Source: Turneriella sp.
Lineage (GTDB): Bacteria; Spirochaetota; Leptospiria; Turneriellales; Turneriellaceae
DNA length: 64,000 bases
Reading direction: 5' to 3'
NCBI GenBank assembly: GCA_965279515.1
Contig: CBDIID010000003.1
Span: forward strand, 2,720,001-2,784,000
Part shown: piece by piece, positions 7,905 through 18,009 of the stretch
Numbering within the stretch: the first letter of the stretch is position 1
Layout: each line of letters begins with the position of its first letter
Translations under genes and position numbers: made by a program
Notes under the pieces: model-generated
What the model was told of the DNA's origin: nothing
Database searches by the model: none
The model's input: only the letters and a program-made list of their open reading frames with translations

Positions 7905-9995
7905 ATGTCGGCTCCCGAACTCGAACAGAACCCGCTTTTAAATCAGGGCGAATTGCCCGATTTCACCAAAATCGAACCGAGTCATGTGGCTCCCGCCGTG
8001 CGCGAAGCGATACGGCTCGGCAAAAAACAGCTCGCAAAACTCGAAACTCTGCAATACACAACCTGGGAAACTTTCGTGTTGCCGCTGCGCGAAACGATCC
8101 GCCGCCTGAGCGAGGTCTGGGGGGCAGTCAACCACCTGATGGGTGTGAAAAATTCCCCCGAACTGCGGGCGGCGCATGAAGAAGTGCAACCCGAAATCGT
8201 CGAATTTCAACTCTCCCTCAGCCAAAGCCCTGAACTCTATAAAGTCTGGTACCACTTACAGACAGAGGCCACAACAGAACTCACAACTCCGGCACGTAAA
8301 CGCATCGTCGCCGCATCCTTGCGCGACGCCAAACTTGCGGGTGTCGCTCTCAAAGGCAGAGACAAGGAACGTTTCAACGAGATTCAACGCGACCTCGCGA
8401 GTCTCGCCACGCGCTTCTCCAATGCCGTGCTCGATGCGACGAAAGAATTCCAGATTGTTCTGACAGCAGCCGACGAAGTCGATGGCTTACCCGCAAGCTG
8501 GCGGGCGCTGGCAGCCCAGGCTGCCAGCGGCAAGGGCCATGCCAAGGCTAACGCAGAAAATGGTCCCTGGCTTTTGACGCTCGATTTCCCGTCCTATTTC
8601 CCTTTTATGCAACACGCCACCAACCGCAGCCTGCGCGAGAAAGTTTTCCGCGCCAGCAACACGCGCGCCGGCGGCAGCGGCTTTTCTGCCCAATGGAACA
8701 ACTGGCCGCTCATCGACGAGATCCTGAAGCTCCGCCACGAAGAAGCCAACCTGTTGGGTTACCCCAACTATGCGGAGGTTTCGCTCGCGGCGAAGATGGC
8801 GCCGAATGCGGAGAGCATACGCCAGATGATTGACGAGCTTGCACAGGTAGCAAGACCCAAGGCCAAACTCGAATTTGCGGCCCTGAGCAGCTATGCGAAA
8901 CAGAAGGGCCTGAACGATGAACTGCAGTTGTGGGATGTCTCCTTTTACTCCGAGCGGCAACGTGAAGAACTCTATGCCTTCACCGACGAGGAGCTCAGGC
9001 CGTATTTCCCATTGCCGCGCGTGCTCGATGGCATGTTCTCACTCGCTGAAAAAATTCTCGACGTGAAGGTTCAGGCGTCGCAGCAAAAAGTCGCACTCTG
9101 GCATGACGATGTCAGATTCTTCGACGTACTCGATTCTGCCGGCACAAAGATCGCCGCCTTCTACCTCGACCCCTACGCGCGCTCGGGCGAAAAACGCGGC
9201 GGTGCATGGATGGATACCTGCCGGCAGCGCGAGGTCACGGAAGGTAAAGTCACCCTACCGGTAGCGTATCTCGTCTGCAATGGCACTCCACCTGTGGGCG
9301 ACACGCCTTCGCTCATGACCTTCACCGAGGTCGAAACCCTGTTTCACGAATTCGGCCACGGACTGCAGCATATGCTGACACGCGTCGACGAATACGAGGC
9401 AGCCGGCATTGCGAACGTCGAATGGGACGCAGTGGAACTCCCCAGCCAGTTTATGGAAAACTGGGTCTTTGAGCGCAGTGTGATCGACCAGATTTCGGGG
9501 CATTACCAGACAGGGGAACTGTTACCCCAGCCGCTTTTTGAAAAAATCATCGCCGCGAAAAATTACATGGCCGCATCGCAGATGCTGCGCCAACTCTACT
9601 TCTCGCTGCTCGACCTTGAACTCTACGAGACATACAACGGCAGTGAATCCGTACGCGACATACAGAAACGCATCGCCGCTGATTATACCGTGATGGCACC
9701 TTTGCCCGACGACGCCTTCCTCTGCTCGTTCTCGCATATCTTTGCCGGCGGTTATGCGGCAGGTTATTACAGCTATAAATGGGCCGAAGTCCTCAGCGCC
9801 GATGCGTTTGCCGCCTTCGAAGAGGCGGGGCTGCAAAACGAGGCCGCGTTGCGCGAGCTCGGCCACCGTTACCGCGAGACGGTGCTGGCGCTCGGCGGTT
9901 CAAAACATCCCATGGAAGTCTACCGCGAGTTTCGCGGTCGCAACGCACAGATCGACGCACTGCTGCGGCACAACGGCCTCAAGGGCGCAGCTTAA
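7905..9995 (+). CDS. prlC: Oligopeptidase A (M3 family)
   Basis: FHEFGHGLQH zinc motif, KRGGAWM, WDAVELPSQFMENW, GGYAAGYYSYKWAEVL. Confidence 0.95.
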   Translation: MSAPELEQNPLLNQGELPDFTKIEPSHVAPAVREAIRLGKKQLAKLETLQYTTWETFVLPLRETIRRLSEVWGAVNHLMGVKNSPELRAAHEEVQPEIVEFQLSLSQSPELYKVWYHLQTEATTELTTPARKRIVAASLRDAKLAGVALKGRDKERFNEIQRDLASLATRFSNAVLDATKEFQIVLTAADEVDGLPASWRALAAQAASGKGHAKANAENGPWLLTLDFPSYFPFMQHATNRSLREKVFRASNTRAGGSGFSAQWNNWPLIDEILKLRHEEANLLGYPNYAEVSLAAKMAPNAESIRQMIDELAQVARPKAKLEFAALSSYAKQKGLNDELQLWDVSFYSERQREELYAFTDEELRPYFPLPRVLDGMFSLAEKILDVKVQASQQKVALWHDDVRFFDVLDSAGTKIAAFYLDPYARSGEKRGGAWMDTCRQREVTEGKVTLPVAYLVCNGTPPVGDTPSLMTFTEVETLFHEFGHGLQHMLTRVDEYEAAGIANVEWDAVELPSQFMENWVFERSVIDQISGHYQTGELLPQPLFEKIIAAKNYMAASQMLRQLYFSLLDLELYETYNGSESVRDIQKRIAADYTVMAPLPDDAFLCSFSHIFAGGYAAGYYSYKWAEVLSADAFAAFEEAGLQNEAALRELGHRYRETVLALGGSKHPMEVYREFRGRNAQIDALLRHNGLKGAA

Positions 9996-10023
9996 GGTAG
10001 TTGCGTCAAATACTTGTTATTTC

Positions 10024-10052
10024 TTGACGAAGCGTCGGGAGAGATATAGGTT
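10024..10052 (+). promoter_or_regulatory. Candidate sigma70 promoter TTGACG-N17-TAGGTT
   Basis: -35 at 10024-10029, -10 at 10047-10052; the expected transcription start coincides with the ATG at 10059. Confidence 0.5.
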
Positions 10053-10058
10053 TAGCTT

Positions 10059-10175
10059 ATGAGTCCGTTGATGATCATCGGTACAATCTTGACCTTTACA
10101 TCAGGAATATATCTTCTCGCTATTGGTATCTCAAAACTCATCGCTAAGGAAGTTCGCAAAGAAATCGCTAAATGA
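10059..10175 (+). CDS. Small single-pass membrane protein (38 aa)
   Basis: Hand translation MSPLMIIGTILTFTSGIYLLAIGISKLIAKEVRKEIAK; hydrophobic helix plus basic tail; below the ORF-track cutoff. Confidence 0.55.
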   Translation: MSPLMIIGTILTFTSGIYLLAIGISKLIAKEVRKEIAK

Positions 10176-10336
10176 ACGAGCGATTTCTTGTCTTATTAGG
10201 TGGTTTAATCATCGGTACGGGTTTGGCCTTATTGTCTACCTACGCAGAATACAAAAGCTCGGTTGAATTGCTGATGATGAGTACGGGCGTGGCTGGTAGC
10301 GTGATTGCGATCTACCAATTTTTGCGCAGAAATTAG
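10172..10336 (+). CDS. Small two-pass membrane protein (54 aa)
   Basis: MNERFLVLLGGLIIGTGLALLSTYAEYKSSVELLMMSTGVAGSVIAIYQFLRRN; ATGA overlap with the preceding small ORF. Confidence 0.55.
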   Translation: MNERFLVLLGGLIIGTGLALLSTYAEYKSSVELLMMSTGVAGSVIAIYQFLRRN

Positions 10337-10395
10337 TATTTCTAAATCCTGAACGTAGCTCCTTTACGCGCCTGTAACAATCACTACAATGCCCC

Positions 10396-11034
10396 ATGCA
10401 GACGGCCGCGATCGATATCCCCAAACACTGGAGCTCGACATTCCTTTCGAATGATCAGCTCGTCGCCGTGCAATGCCAGCTCCACGAAGATAAATCCTTC
10501 ACAACAGTATTTACTCCCCGCATCGGTGTCGAAGGCCCCAAGGCGCATTCACATGGCGGCTTTCTCGCAACCATTCTCGACGAAACGATGGGAAGTACCT
10601 GCTGGTACAATGGCTTGCCTGTACTCGCAGCCAATCTTTCCGTAAAATACCGCAAGTCAGTGCCGCTCAACGGCGAATATATATGTACTGCAAAGATCGA
10701 CCGGCTCGAAACGCGGCGCGCCATGGTCAGTGCGCGGATTACCCGCGGTGAAACCGTGTTCTGCGAAGCAACAGGCGTCTTCGTGCGCGTGCCGATTGAA
10801 CTCTTGAAGCAACAGCCTGATATGGCGCGTATGGTAGAGATTGTCAGCTCGATCAAAGAGGGCCGCAGCCTCAGCGAACTCATTGAACTCGATAAAACCA
10901 ACCGCCGCTCCTGGGCGCCCGAAACTCCAAAGGAACGGGAATGGCCCGAGCTCGCCGAGCGCGGGCAGAAACTGATCGGCGATGCCCTTACACTGGTAAC
11001 AAATTCGTTAGGCGGATGGCTGCGGGCGCGGTAA
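10396..11034 (+). CDS. PaaI/hotdog-fold thioesterase
   Basis: HGGFLATILDETMG motif. Confidence 0.85.
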   Translation: MQTAAIDIPKHWSSTFLSNDQLVAVQCQLHEDKSFTTVFTPRIGVEGPKAHSHGGFLATILDETMGSTCWYNGLPVLAANLSVKYRKSVPLNGEYICTAKIDRLETRRAMVSARITRGETVFCEATGVFVRVPIELLKQQPDMARMVEIVSSIKEGRSLSELIELDKTNRRSWAPETPKEREWPELAERGQKLIGDALTLVTNSLGGWLRAR

Positions 11035-11844
11035 TTTCAGCGCGAGCAAAATAGCCACTACCACCAACCCCGCCCCCAAACATAATTTCAATCCCGGCGT
11101 TTCACCGGTCACGACCAGTAGACTTGCCGTCGAAAGTACCGGCGTCAAAAAGCTCAACACACCAAGCTTTCGCGCGGGCAAAGTTTTTGCAGCCTTATCC
11201 CAGAAGAAAAATGCCAGCCCCAAAGGCCCCGCGCCAATCAGGGCGAGATAGATCCAATCGTTCGGCACCAAAACCGGCCGCGGCTCCACAAAAAATGAAA
11301 CCACGAGCGATAAAATTCCCGCACCCAGATTAAATCCGCCTACTGCCGCATTCGGGAAAGGCGGCAAGCGTTTCAGCGACAAACTATAACCCGACCAGAT
11401 CAGCGCTGCGCAGAGAGCCAGCACATAGCCCATCATAGATCGCATTTCAAACTGCATCTTCTGCTCACCCAGAATCGCGAGCGCCGCGCCGGCGAAGCCC
11501 AGAATGGCCGCGAAAACAATACGGAAGTTGAGCCGCGGCCCGCGCTGAATAACGGGCGCGAGAACGACGATGAGCAGCGGCCACAGATAGTTCATGAGAT
11601 TTGCGCTCACCGCAGGCGCCCATTTTAGCGCAGCGAAGAGCGCCGCGTGGTACAGGATCAGCGCCATAACCCCAAAGGCAAAAGTGCGCCATGCGACACG
11701 CCATTGCCGCCAACCGGGTAACATCACGAAGCTACCGATGACCATCCCGACGCCGGTCAACAGGAAGGGCGGCAGGTGGCTGAGCTTGAAAGCCAGTGAA
11801 GCCAGCGAGGCCCAAAGGAGAATTGCAAGCAGAGCGCTGGTCAT
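11008..11844 (-). CDS. DMT/EamA family transporter (YddG-like)
   Basis: About ten TM helices; ANLMNYLWPLLIV motif. Confidence 0.85.
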   Translation of the reverse strand: MTSALLAILLWASLASLAFKLSHLPPFLLTGVGMVIGSFVMLPGWRQWRVAWRTFAFGVMALILYHAALFAALKWAPAVSANLMNYLWPLLIVVLAPVIQRGPRLNFRIVFAAILGFAGAALAILGEQKMQFEMRSMMGYVLALCAALIWSGYSLSLKRLPPFPNAAVGGFNLGAGILSLVVSFFVEPRPVLVPNDWIYLALIGAGPLGLAFFFWDKAAKTLPARKLGVLSFLTPVLSTASLLVVTGETPGLKLCLGAGLVVVAILLALKLPRPQPSA

Positions 11845-11967
11845 CGGCGAGCCGTCAAAACCGAAATCTCAAGCTGCGGGGAAATGAATTAAGACTTTAC
11901 TGCCCGTCATCATATGAATGATCGGTCATATATGTTGACCACCACACTGGCCCCCACAAAGCCTACT

Positions 11968-12741
11968 ATGGAATTCCATAGCCTGCGGATCGAAATCCGG
12001 GATCACATCGGCTATCTTTACCTCGACAGCAATGAGCAGAACACACTCAATGCCGCATCACTGAGCGAAATCGTGGCAGCACACGACGCGCTCGAGAACG
12101 ACGAAGATGTCTGGGGTGTGATCTGGACCTCTGCCTCCGACACGTTCTTTTCGAGCGGTCTCGATGCAAATTACATGCTGAGCCTCAGCCGTGAAGACAA
12201 GCTCGATATGTTCCGCCAGCTGTTTGAAACCACGCGCCGCGTGTTTGCTTTCACGAAACCCGAAATCGTGCTGTTACCTGGCCATGCGTTTGCCGCAGGT
12301 TCAGTGTTGGCAATGGCCGCTGATGCGCGCTTCATGGCTGAAGGCAAATCACGCATTTCGTTTCCTGAAGTTATGCTCGGCATCTCGATGCCCGAGGCAA
12401 TGATTGCGATGCTACGCACGCGGGTCGGCGAACATAACCTCGCTCCCCTCGTACAGACGGGCGACGCGCTCAAAGCTGAAGAATGTTTAGCACGAGGCGT
12501 TGTCGACGCGCTCTATCCCCGCGAAGAGTTATTGGCACAAGGTGAGAAATTCATGCGGCGCCTGTTTCAGAAGCCGCTTTCCGGCTTTCGCGCGGTGAAA
12601 AAGAACCTGCGCCGCCAGACACTGGACCTTTTTGCGGATGACCCCAGCCTGGAAGATTTTAAGGTACTCATGGGTGTCAATTTTGACGAGGCGTTGAAAG
12701 CCGGAGTAGAAGGGCGCAGGCCGAAGTTCGTAAATCCGTAA
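11968..12741 (+). CDS. Enoyl-CoA hydratase/isomerase family protein
   Basis: FSSGLD, GHAFAAG, FPEVMLG crotonase motifs; start placed at MEFHS. Confidence 0.85.
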   Translation: MEFHSLRIEIRDHIGYLYLDSNEQNTLNAASLSEIVAAHDALENDEDVWGVIWTSASDTFFSSGLDANYMLSLSREDKLDMFRQLFETTRRVFAFTKPEIVLLPGHAFAAGSVLAMAADARFMAEGKSRISFPEVMLGISMPEAMIAMLRTRVGEHNLAPLVQTGDALKAEECLARGVVDALYPREELLAQGEKFMRRLFQKPLSGFRAVKKNLRRQTLDLFADDPSLEDFKVLMGVNFDEALKAGVEGRRPKFVNP

Positions 12742-12783
12742 CGCCCCTATCCCCGGCCCTTCCCCCAAGTCTGGGGGAAGGGC
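12742..12783. repeat. GC-rich palindromic (REP-like) element, intergenic copy
   Basis: 12-bp stem GCCCTTCCCCCA/TGGGGGAAGGGC with a 4-nt loop; 40/41 identical to the reverse complement of 63954-63994. Confidence 0.85.
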
Positions 12784-12846
12784 GAAACAACCTAAGATTT
12801 TACGCGCCCCGCAACATTGCAACACTGCCCCGTGGGCGGGGAGATT

Positions 12847-14658
12847 GTGGAACTAAAAACGGCCCAGGATTTACTGCGAACCGTCTTCGGTTACGAAGAA
12901 TTTCGACTCGATCAGCAAAATATCATCGCCAGTATTCTCGCAAAACAAGACACCCTCGTCATCATGCCGACAGGTGGCGGCAAATCGCTCTGCTACCAGA
13001 TCCCGGCATTGCTCTTTGAAGGGCTCACCATCGTCATTTCGCCGCTGATTTCCCTGATGCAAGATCAGGTCTCGGCTCTCCAGCAACTGAATGTCGCCGC
13101 AGTTTGTCTCAACAGCTCGCTCGATCTGCAAGAGTATGAAGAAAATGTTGCGGCAATCCGTAGCGGCCGTTTGAAGATGCTCTATCTTGCACCGGAAACG
13201 CTGTTCCTGGCCCGTACGCAAGCGCTGCTAAAAAACGTGCGTGTCGACTGCCTGACCATCGACGAGGCACACTGCATCTCTGACTGGGGCCATGACTTCA
13301 GGCCCGAGTACCGCAAGCTCGTCGAGGTGCGCGAAAAATTTCCCGACGCGGTTACGATCGCGCTCACTGCTACGGCAACAGCGCAGGTGCGGATGGATAT
13401 CAAGCGGCAACTTTCCATCACCGATTCGCATGAATTTATTTCAAGCTTTGACCGCAAAAATCTTAACCTGAACGTCGTGCCTAAACAGGCGGCCGAGTCC
13501 CAGGTCTTAGCGATTCTGCGCGATCATCCCGACGAATCGGGTATCATCTATTGTTTCTCGAAAGCGCAGGTCGACGAGCTGGCCGCATTTCTGCATTCGC
13601 GCGGTTTTTCGGTGAAACCCTACCACGCCGGCCTCGCCGACACCGTACGCGCAAAAAACCAGGAACTCTTCATCCGCGACGACGTGCAGATCATTGTCGC
13701 AACCATTGCTTTTGGCATGGGTATCAATAAACCGAATGTGCGTTTTGTCATTCACCACGACCTACCCAAAAATATCGAGAGCTACTACCAGGAAATCGGC
13801 CGTGCGGGCCGGGACGGCCTCAAAGCCGATTGTTTCTTGCTCTATTCACACGGCGACAGCCAGAAGATCAAATATTTCATTTCACAGAAAGAGGAAACAG
13901 AAAAGCGGCTGGCGCTGCAGCAACTGGCAACGCTCGTCAATTATGCGGAGAGCGATCATTGCCGTCGGCAGACCCTGCTCGCCTATTTCGGCGAACAGGC
14001 CCCCGATCATTGTGAAGCCTGCGATATATGCCTCGGCCCGCCCAAAGACAAGATCGACCTGACGGTGCCCGCACAGAAATTCATGTCCTGCGTGAAGAAA
14101 TCGGGCGAACGTTTCGGCGCTACGTACGTGGTAGATATACTGCGTGGCGCAAAACTCGAAAAGATTCTCGCCAACGGTCACAGCAACTTATCGACCTATG
14201 GCATCGGCAAAGATTTATCTAAGGCCGCGTGGCTCTCCCTGTCCCGCCAGCTTGTGCAGCAGGGTATACTGCAGCAAGACCCTGAATTCGGGGGCCTGTC
14301 ACTCACCATGGAAGCCATCCCCATTCTGAAAGGAGAGAAACCCTTTCTCGGCAACCCGATCGACGTTGCAAAAGATTCAGGCCGCCCGACCGCGAGCAGT
14401 CGCCGCGCTCTGGATACGGACATCGACCACGAACTGTTTGAATTGCTGCGCAAACGCCGCAAGGAACTCGCCGACGAACAGAATCTCGCGCCCTACATGA
14501 TTTTTTCTGACAAGAGTTTGATCGACATGTGCACCCAACTACCCAAGACGCGCGCTGATTTTTTGCACGTGCACGGCGTGGGCGAGGCGAAACTTACGCG
14601 CTATGGCGAACAGTTCCTCTATCTCATACGGCAGTATCAGGAGAACAAGCCCGGTTAA
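12847..14658 (+). CDS. recQ: ATP-dependent DNA helicase RecQ
   Basis: MPTGGGKSLCYQ, DEAHCISDWGHDFRPEY, ALTATA, QEIGRAGRDG, Zn-binding, RQC and HRDC domains; GTG start assumed. Confidence 0.95.
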   Translation: MELKTAQDLLRTVFGYEEFRLDQQNIIASILAKQDTLVIMPTGGGKSLCYQIPALLFEGLTIVISPLISLMQDQVSALQQLNVAAVCLNSSLDLQEYEENVAAIRSGRLKMLYLAPETLFLARTQALLKNVRVDCLTIDEAHCISDWGHDFRPEYRKLVEVREKFPDAVTIALTATATAQVRMDIKRQLSITDSHEFISSFDRKNLNLNVVPKQAAESQVLAILRDHPDESGIIYCFSKAQVDELAAFLHSRGFSVKPYHAGLADTVRAKNQELFIRDDVQIIVATIAFGMGINKPNVRFVIHHDLPKNIESYYQEIGRAGRDGLKADCFLLYSHGDSQKIKYFISQKEETEKRLALQQLATLVNYAESDHCRRQTLLAYFGEQAPDHCEACDICLGPPKDKIDLTVPAQKFMSCVKKSGERFGATYVVDILRGAKLEKILANGHSNLSTYGIGKDLSKAAWLSLSRQLVQQGILQQDPEFGGLSLTMEAIPILKGEKPFLGNPIDVAKDSGRPTASSRRALDTDIDHELFELLRKRRKELADEQNLAPYMIFSDKSLIDMCTQLPKTRADFLHVHGVGEAKLTRYGEQFLYLIRQYQENKPG

Positions 14659-15369
14659 ATGGAAATCACCTGCCTGACGTATAATATCCACAAGGCAATC
14701 GGCAACGACGGCAATTTTAATACTGAACGCATCGCCCGTGTCTGTGAAAACGAGGGCGCCGACATCATCGCCCTGCAAGAGGTCGACAGCGGCGTACCGC
14801 GCAGCCGGCATAAAGATCTCGCCGCCGAGCTCGGCGAACGTCTGGGTTTCCACTGGCAGCTGGGACTTAATGTCGACCTGAAGGTCGGGTCGTACGGTAA
14901 CGCTACGCTTTCACGCTGGCCGTTTGGAGAATGCAAGAATCTCGATCTGACCTGGACCATTAAGAAGAAACGCGGCTGCCTGAGCGGCATCGTCAACACT
15001 CCCGCTGGCACAATTTTCGTGATGAACTTTCATCTCGGCCTGTCGCGCATCGAGCGGCATTTCCAGATTAAGAACATGCTCGAATCGGAATGGGTGAAAG
15101 CGCACCGCGCCTTGCCGATTCTGGCACTGGGCGACAGCAACGAGCGCACCCGCTATATGGACATCTTTATGAATCTGGGCGGCTTCAGAAATGCCGCGGG
15201 CGAACTGAAACGCAAAATCAAGACCTGGCCGTCATTCGCGCCGATCTGGAACCTCGACAAGATCTTTTATAACGGGCATTGCTCGGTGGTAAATTATGAA
15301 GTGGTCAAAAACCCGCTGACACGCATGGCATCCGACCACCTACCCGTTAAAGCCGTAATGCGGATTTGA
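14659..15369 (+). CDS. Endonuclease/exonuclease/phosphatase family protein
   Basis: TYNIHK, LQEVD, GDSN, SDHLP motifs. Confidence 0.9.
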   Translation: MEITCLTYNIHKAIGNDGNFNTERIARVCENEGADIIALQEVDSGVPRSRHKDLAAELGERLGFHWQLGLNVDLKVGSYGNATLSRWPFGECKNLDLTWTIKKKRGCLSGIVNTPAGTIFVMNFHLGLSRIERHFQIKNMLESEWVKAHRALPILALGDSNERTRYMDIFMNLGGFRNAAGELKRKIKTWPSFAPIWNLDKIFYNGHCSVVNYEVVKNPLTRMASDHLPVKAVMRI

Positions 15370-15444
15370 AACGGCTCGTAACAGTCATAGTTCACCTCAT
15401 GCAAAAACTGTTTGTAAGTTAGTACGAACCAAAGATTATTAACC

Positions 15445-17262
15445 GTGCGGCTGCTTTTAACATTACTCGCCAGCTATTTTCTGACCCATGCAGTATTTGC
15501 AAATCCTGTCGACCTGACAGGCACCTGGGATGTACAACTTATCTCCTGTTTACCAGCCGAAGCGCAGTGCCATCTGCAGCGCACTGAGGCCATCCACCGG
15601 TTAAATTTTCCGGCAAACCTGCATGAGACATTTCCATGGTTTTATGGAGAAGCGCTGTTTAAACGTGAATTCAACCACAGCATCATGAAGGCGGATGAAA
15701 ACCTGAATATGCTAATTCTGGGCTCCATCGGTTCGATCGATGAGACCCGCATCAACGGCATTCTCATTGGTAAAGAGGGGCATCATGCCGAGGCGAGCAC
15801 CCTTTCCGCATGGAACAAGGTACGTACCTATGAGATACCTCCCGGGGTACTGCGCCAAGGAATAAACACAATTGAAGTGAAGGTCATCGTGCTCGATTCT
15901 AAGGCCGGAATACACGCAGGTCCAATGGAAATCACAAATGCGCATGCGGCGCAATCCTTCCTTCCCTGGATCCGTTTGGCGCGCGAGTATGTCTATCTTG
16001 CAATTCCACTGTTGCTTTTGGTGGTGATGGTTTCTTTCCTGAGCGCTATCCCTTATTGGCAAAAAGATGATGGCAATGTATTTCTCGTTGCAGCATTCTT
16101 TTCTTACCTGATTCACAGCGCTTATTTCATTCCATTGGCTTTTTCGATCGATTACCTCACATTCAACAAGATACAATGGATTGCCCGAATATGGTCGGTG
16201 ATGTTCTCAGCTCTATATTTTGCGAAAAATCTTGGCTTCTTTAAGTGGAAACGTGAAACTTTTTGGGTGATTTTTGGGTGCGCCCTTTCTCTGCTGACCT
16301 TACGAACATCCAGCCTGGGAGGTTTCGCAGATGCCATGTTTTGGATCCAGATTGCTTTTTTGACGCATTTGTTTTATCCTTTTTTATTCGTGCGCCAGAT
16401 GCGGCATAGCCCAAGATGGCTCATGTACCGCCGGTATTGGCCGCCATCCCTAGTGGTTCTGATGATTTATCTGCATGATTGTTTTGTAATTACGTACCGC
16501 ATCAATACGCCCTGGCTCTTTCATTATATGAGCATTGTTAACGTTATTCAGTTCCTTAACCATTTCAGCTTTCACCTCTACATGTGGCGCGACCGCGGGC
16601 GGCATGACGCGGCAATGGACCATATGCGTGACAAATTGCGCATGGCGCATGAATTGCACGATGTGGTTGGGTCAGAATTGTCCCAGATTGTTGTACTCAG
16701 CCGCCAAGATCGCGCTTTGCAGGAGCAGAGTGGACTTGCGCAACTGGCCAGCGGAGCGCTGGAAAAAATCCGCAATTTTGCGCACATCCTGAAGGGTGAA
16801 GCCGCGGTGGACGAACTCCCGGTAATCCTTGAAAAACTTTGCGGTCGCCTCGAATCCCTACACCGGTACGAAATAGAATACCTGGCAAATCCGGTGCATG
16901 TGCACCTGCGAAAAAATCTGCCCAAAAACGATTGCCCGCGGGAAAACAAAGATCGGTCGGTTATAGTTGCGCTTTCGCCCTACAAGCGCATGCATATCGA
17001 ACGCATGCTTTCAGAGTGGGCATCCAACGTTATTCGCCATGCACAGGGCGCCAAAAGGTTGGTAATAGGCTGGCAGGTGAGAAAACGCAGAGTGAGGATT
17101 TTCTTTTACCAGAACGCCGTACCCTTTCATTGGTATGGCAAAGCCCATCGGGGCGGGCTGAAGAGTCTTGAAATGAGGAGCCGCGAAATGTCTGGGCATG
17201 TTTCATGCAGAAAGCTACATACGGGTGCGCTCTGGTTACTGGTAATCCCCCTGGATAAATAG
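15445..17262 (+). CDS. Membrane sensor histidine kinase-like protein (beta-sandwich sensor, multi-TM region, HisKA_3)
   Basis: Signal peptide; sugar-binding-like domain (LGSIGSIDETRING...RTYEIP...GINTIEVKV); about seven TMs; MAHELHDVVG H-box; degenerate ATPase lid. Confidence 0.75.
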   Translation: MRLLLTLLASYFLTHAVFANPVDLTGTWDVQLISCLPAEAQCHLQRTEAIHRLNFPANLHETFPWFYGEALFKREFNHSIMKADENLNMLILGSIGSIDETRINGILIGKEGHHAEASTLSAWNKVRTYEIPPGVLRQGINTIEVKVIVLDSKAGIHAGPMEITNAHAAQSFLPWIRLAREYVYLAIPLLLLVVMVSFLSAIPYWQKDDGNVFLVAAFFSYLIHSAYFIPLAFSIDYLTFNKIQWIARIWSVMFSALYFAKNLGFFKWKRETFWVIFGCALSLLTLRTSSLGGFADAMFWIQIAFLTHLFYPFLFVRQMRHSPRWLMYRRYWPPSLVVLMIYLHDCFVITYRINTPWLFHYMSIVNVIQFLNHFSFHLYMWRDRGRHDAAMDHMRDKLRMAHELHDVVGSELSQIVVLSRQDRALQEQSGLAQLASGALEKIRNFAHILKGEAAVDELPVILEKLCGRLESLHRYEIEYLANPVHVHLRKNLPKNDCPRENKDRSVIVALSPYKRMHIERMLSEWASNVIRHAQGAKRLVIGWQVRKRRVRIFFYQNAVPFHWYGKAHRGGLKSLEMRSREMSGHVSCRKLHTGALWLLVIPLDK

Positions 17263-17347
17263 GTCAAATGGGGTATTGTCGCGACACCCTTTTACGTCTA
17301 TTCTTAGCCAGTTTACCATGCCCGATTTACCGGTCAGAATTCAAACT

Positions 17348-18000
17348 ATGAGCTTGCCTGAAACGAAGAATAAACTCATTCCTGTCCTTATGCTTGAAGA
17401 CCAGCCTATCATACAGAATCGCATGCGGCTCGCGTTTGCAAGCTCAGAACGTTATGAATTGCTGGCTGTTTGCGGAACGGTGGACGAAGCCCTTAACTTG
17501 CTGCCACGCATTCATCCGGCAATTTTTCTCGTGGACCTCGAACTGCCAGGTAAAAGCGGAGAAGAGCTGATACCGGTTGTCCGCTCAAAATATCCGGCCA
17601 TTAAGATTGTTGTGTTTACGGTGTTTGAAGACCAGGAGCGCATTGTGCGCCTCATGCGCCTGGGCATACGCGGTTATCTCTTGAAGGATATTTCTGACGA
17701 GTTGTTTTTGCCGAGTTGGGTGTCATCGAAGCCGGGGGGGCAACTCTCACCGAACGCATTGCGCAAAAGCTACTGGCGGAGATTTCGGGAAACCTTGAGC
17801 CGATTTCAAATCCGCTGACAGCGCGCGAGCTGGAAGTCATAAATCTCACCGCTCTCGGACTCAACTACAAAGATATTGCAGAAGATCTCGATATCAGTCC
17901 GCATACTGTGCGGCGGCACATTAACCACATCTATGAAAAACTGGAAGTGACGTCGAAAGTTGAGGCGCTTAATCGGGCGCGGCAGTTGGGGTTGCTGTAG
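17348..18000 (+). pseudogene. NarL/LuxR response regulator with a single-base frameshift
   Basis: Receiver domain (EDQ, DLELPG, GYLLK) is in one frame; AELGVIEAGG...LTARELEV...HIYEKL LuxR HTH is in another. The break lies near the T5 run at 17705-17709. Could be a sequencing error. Confidence 0.8.
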
Positions 18001-18009
18001 GCAACAAGA

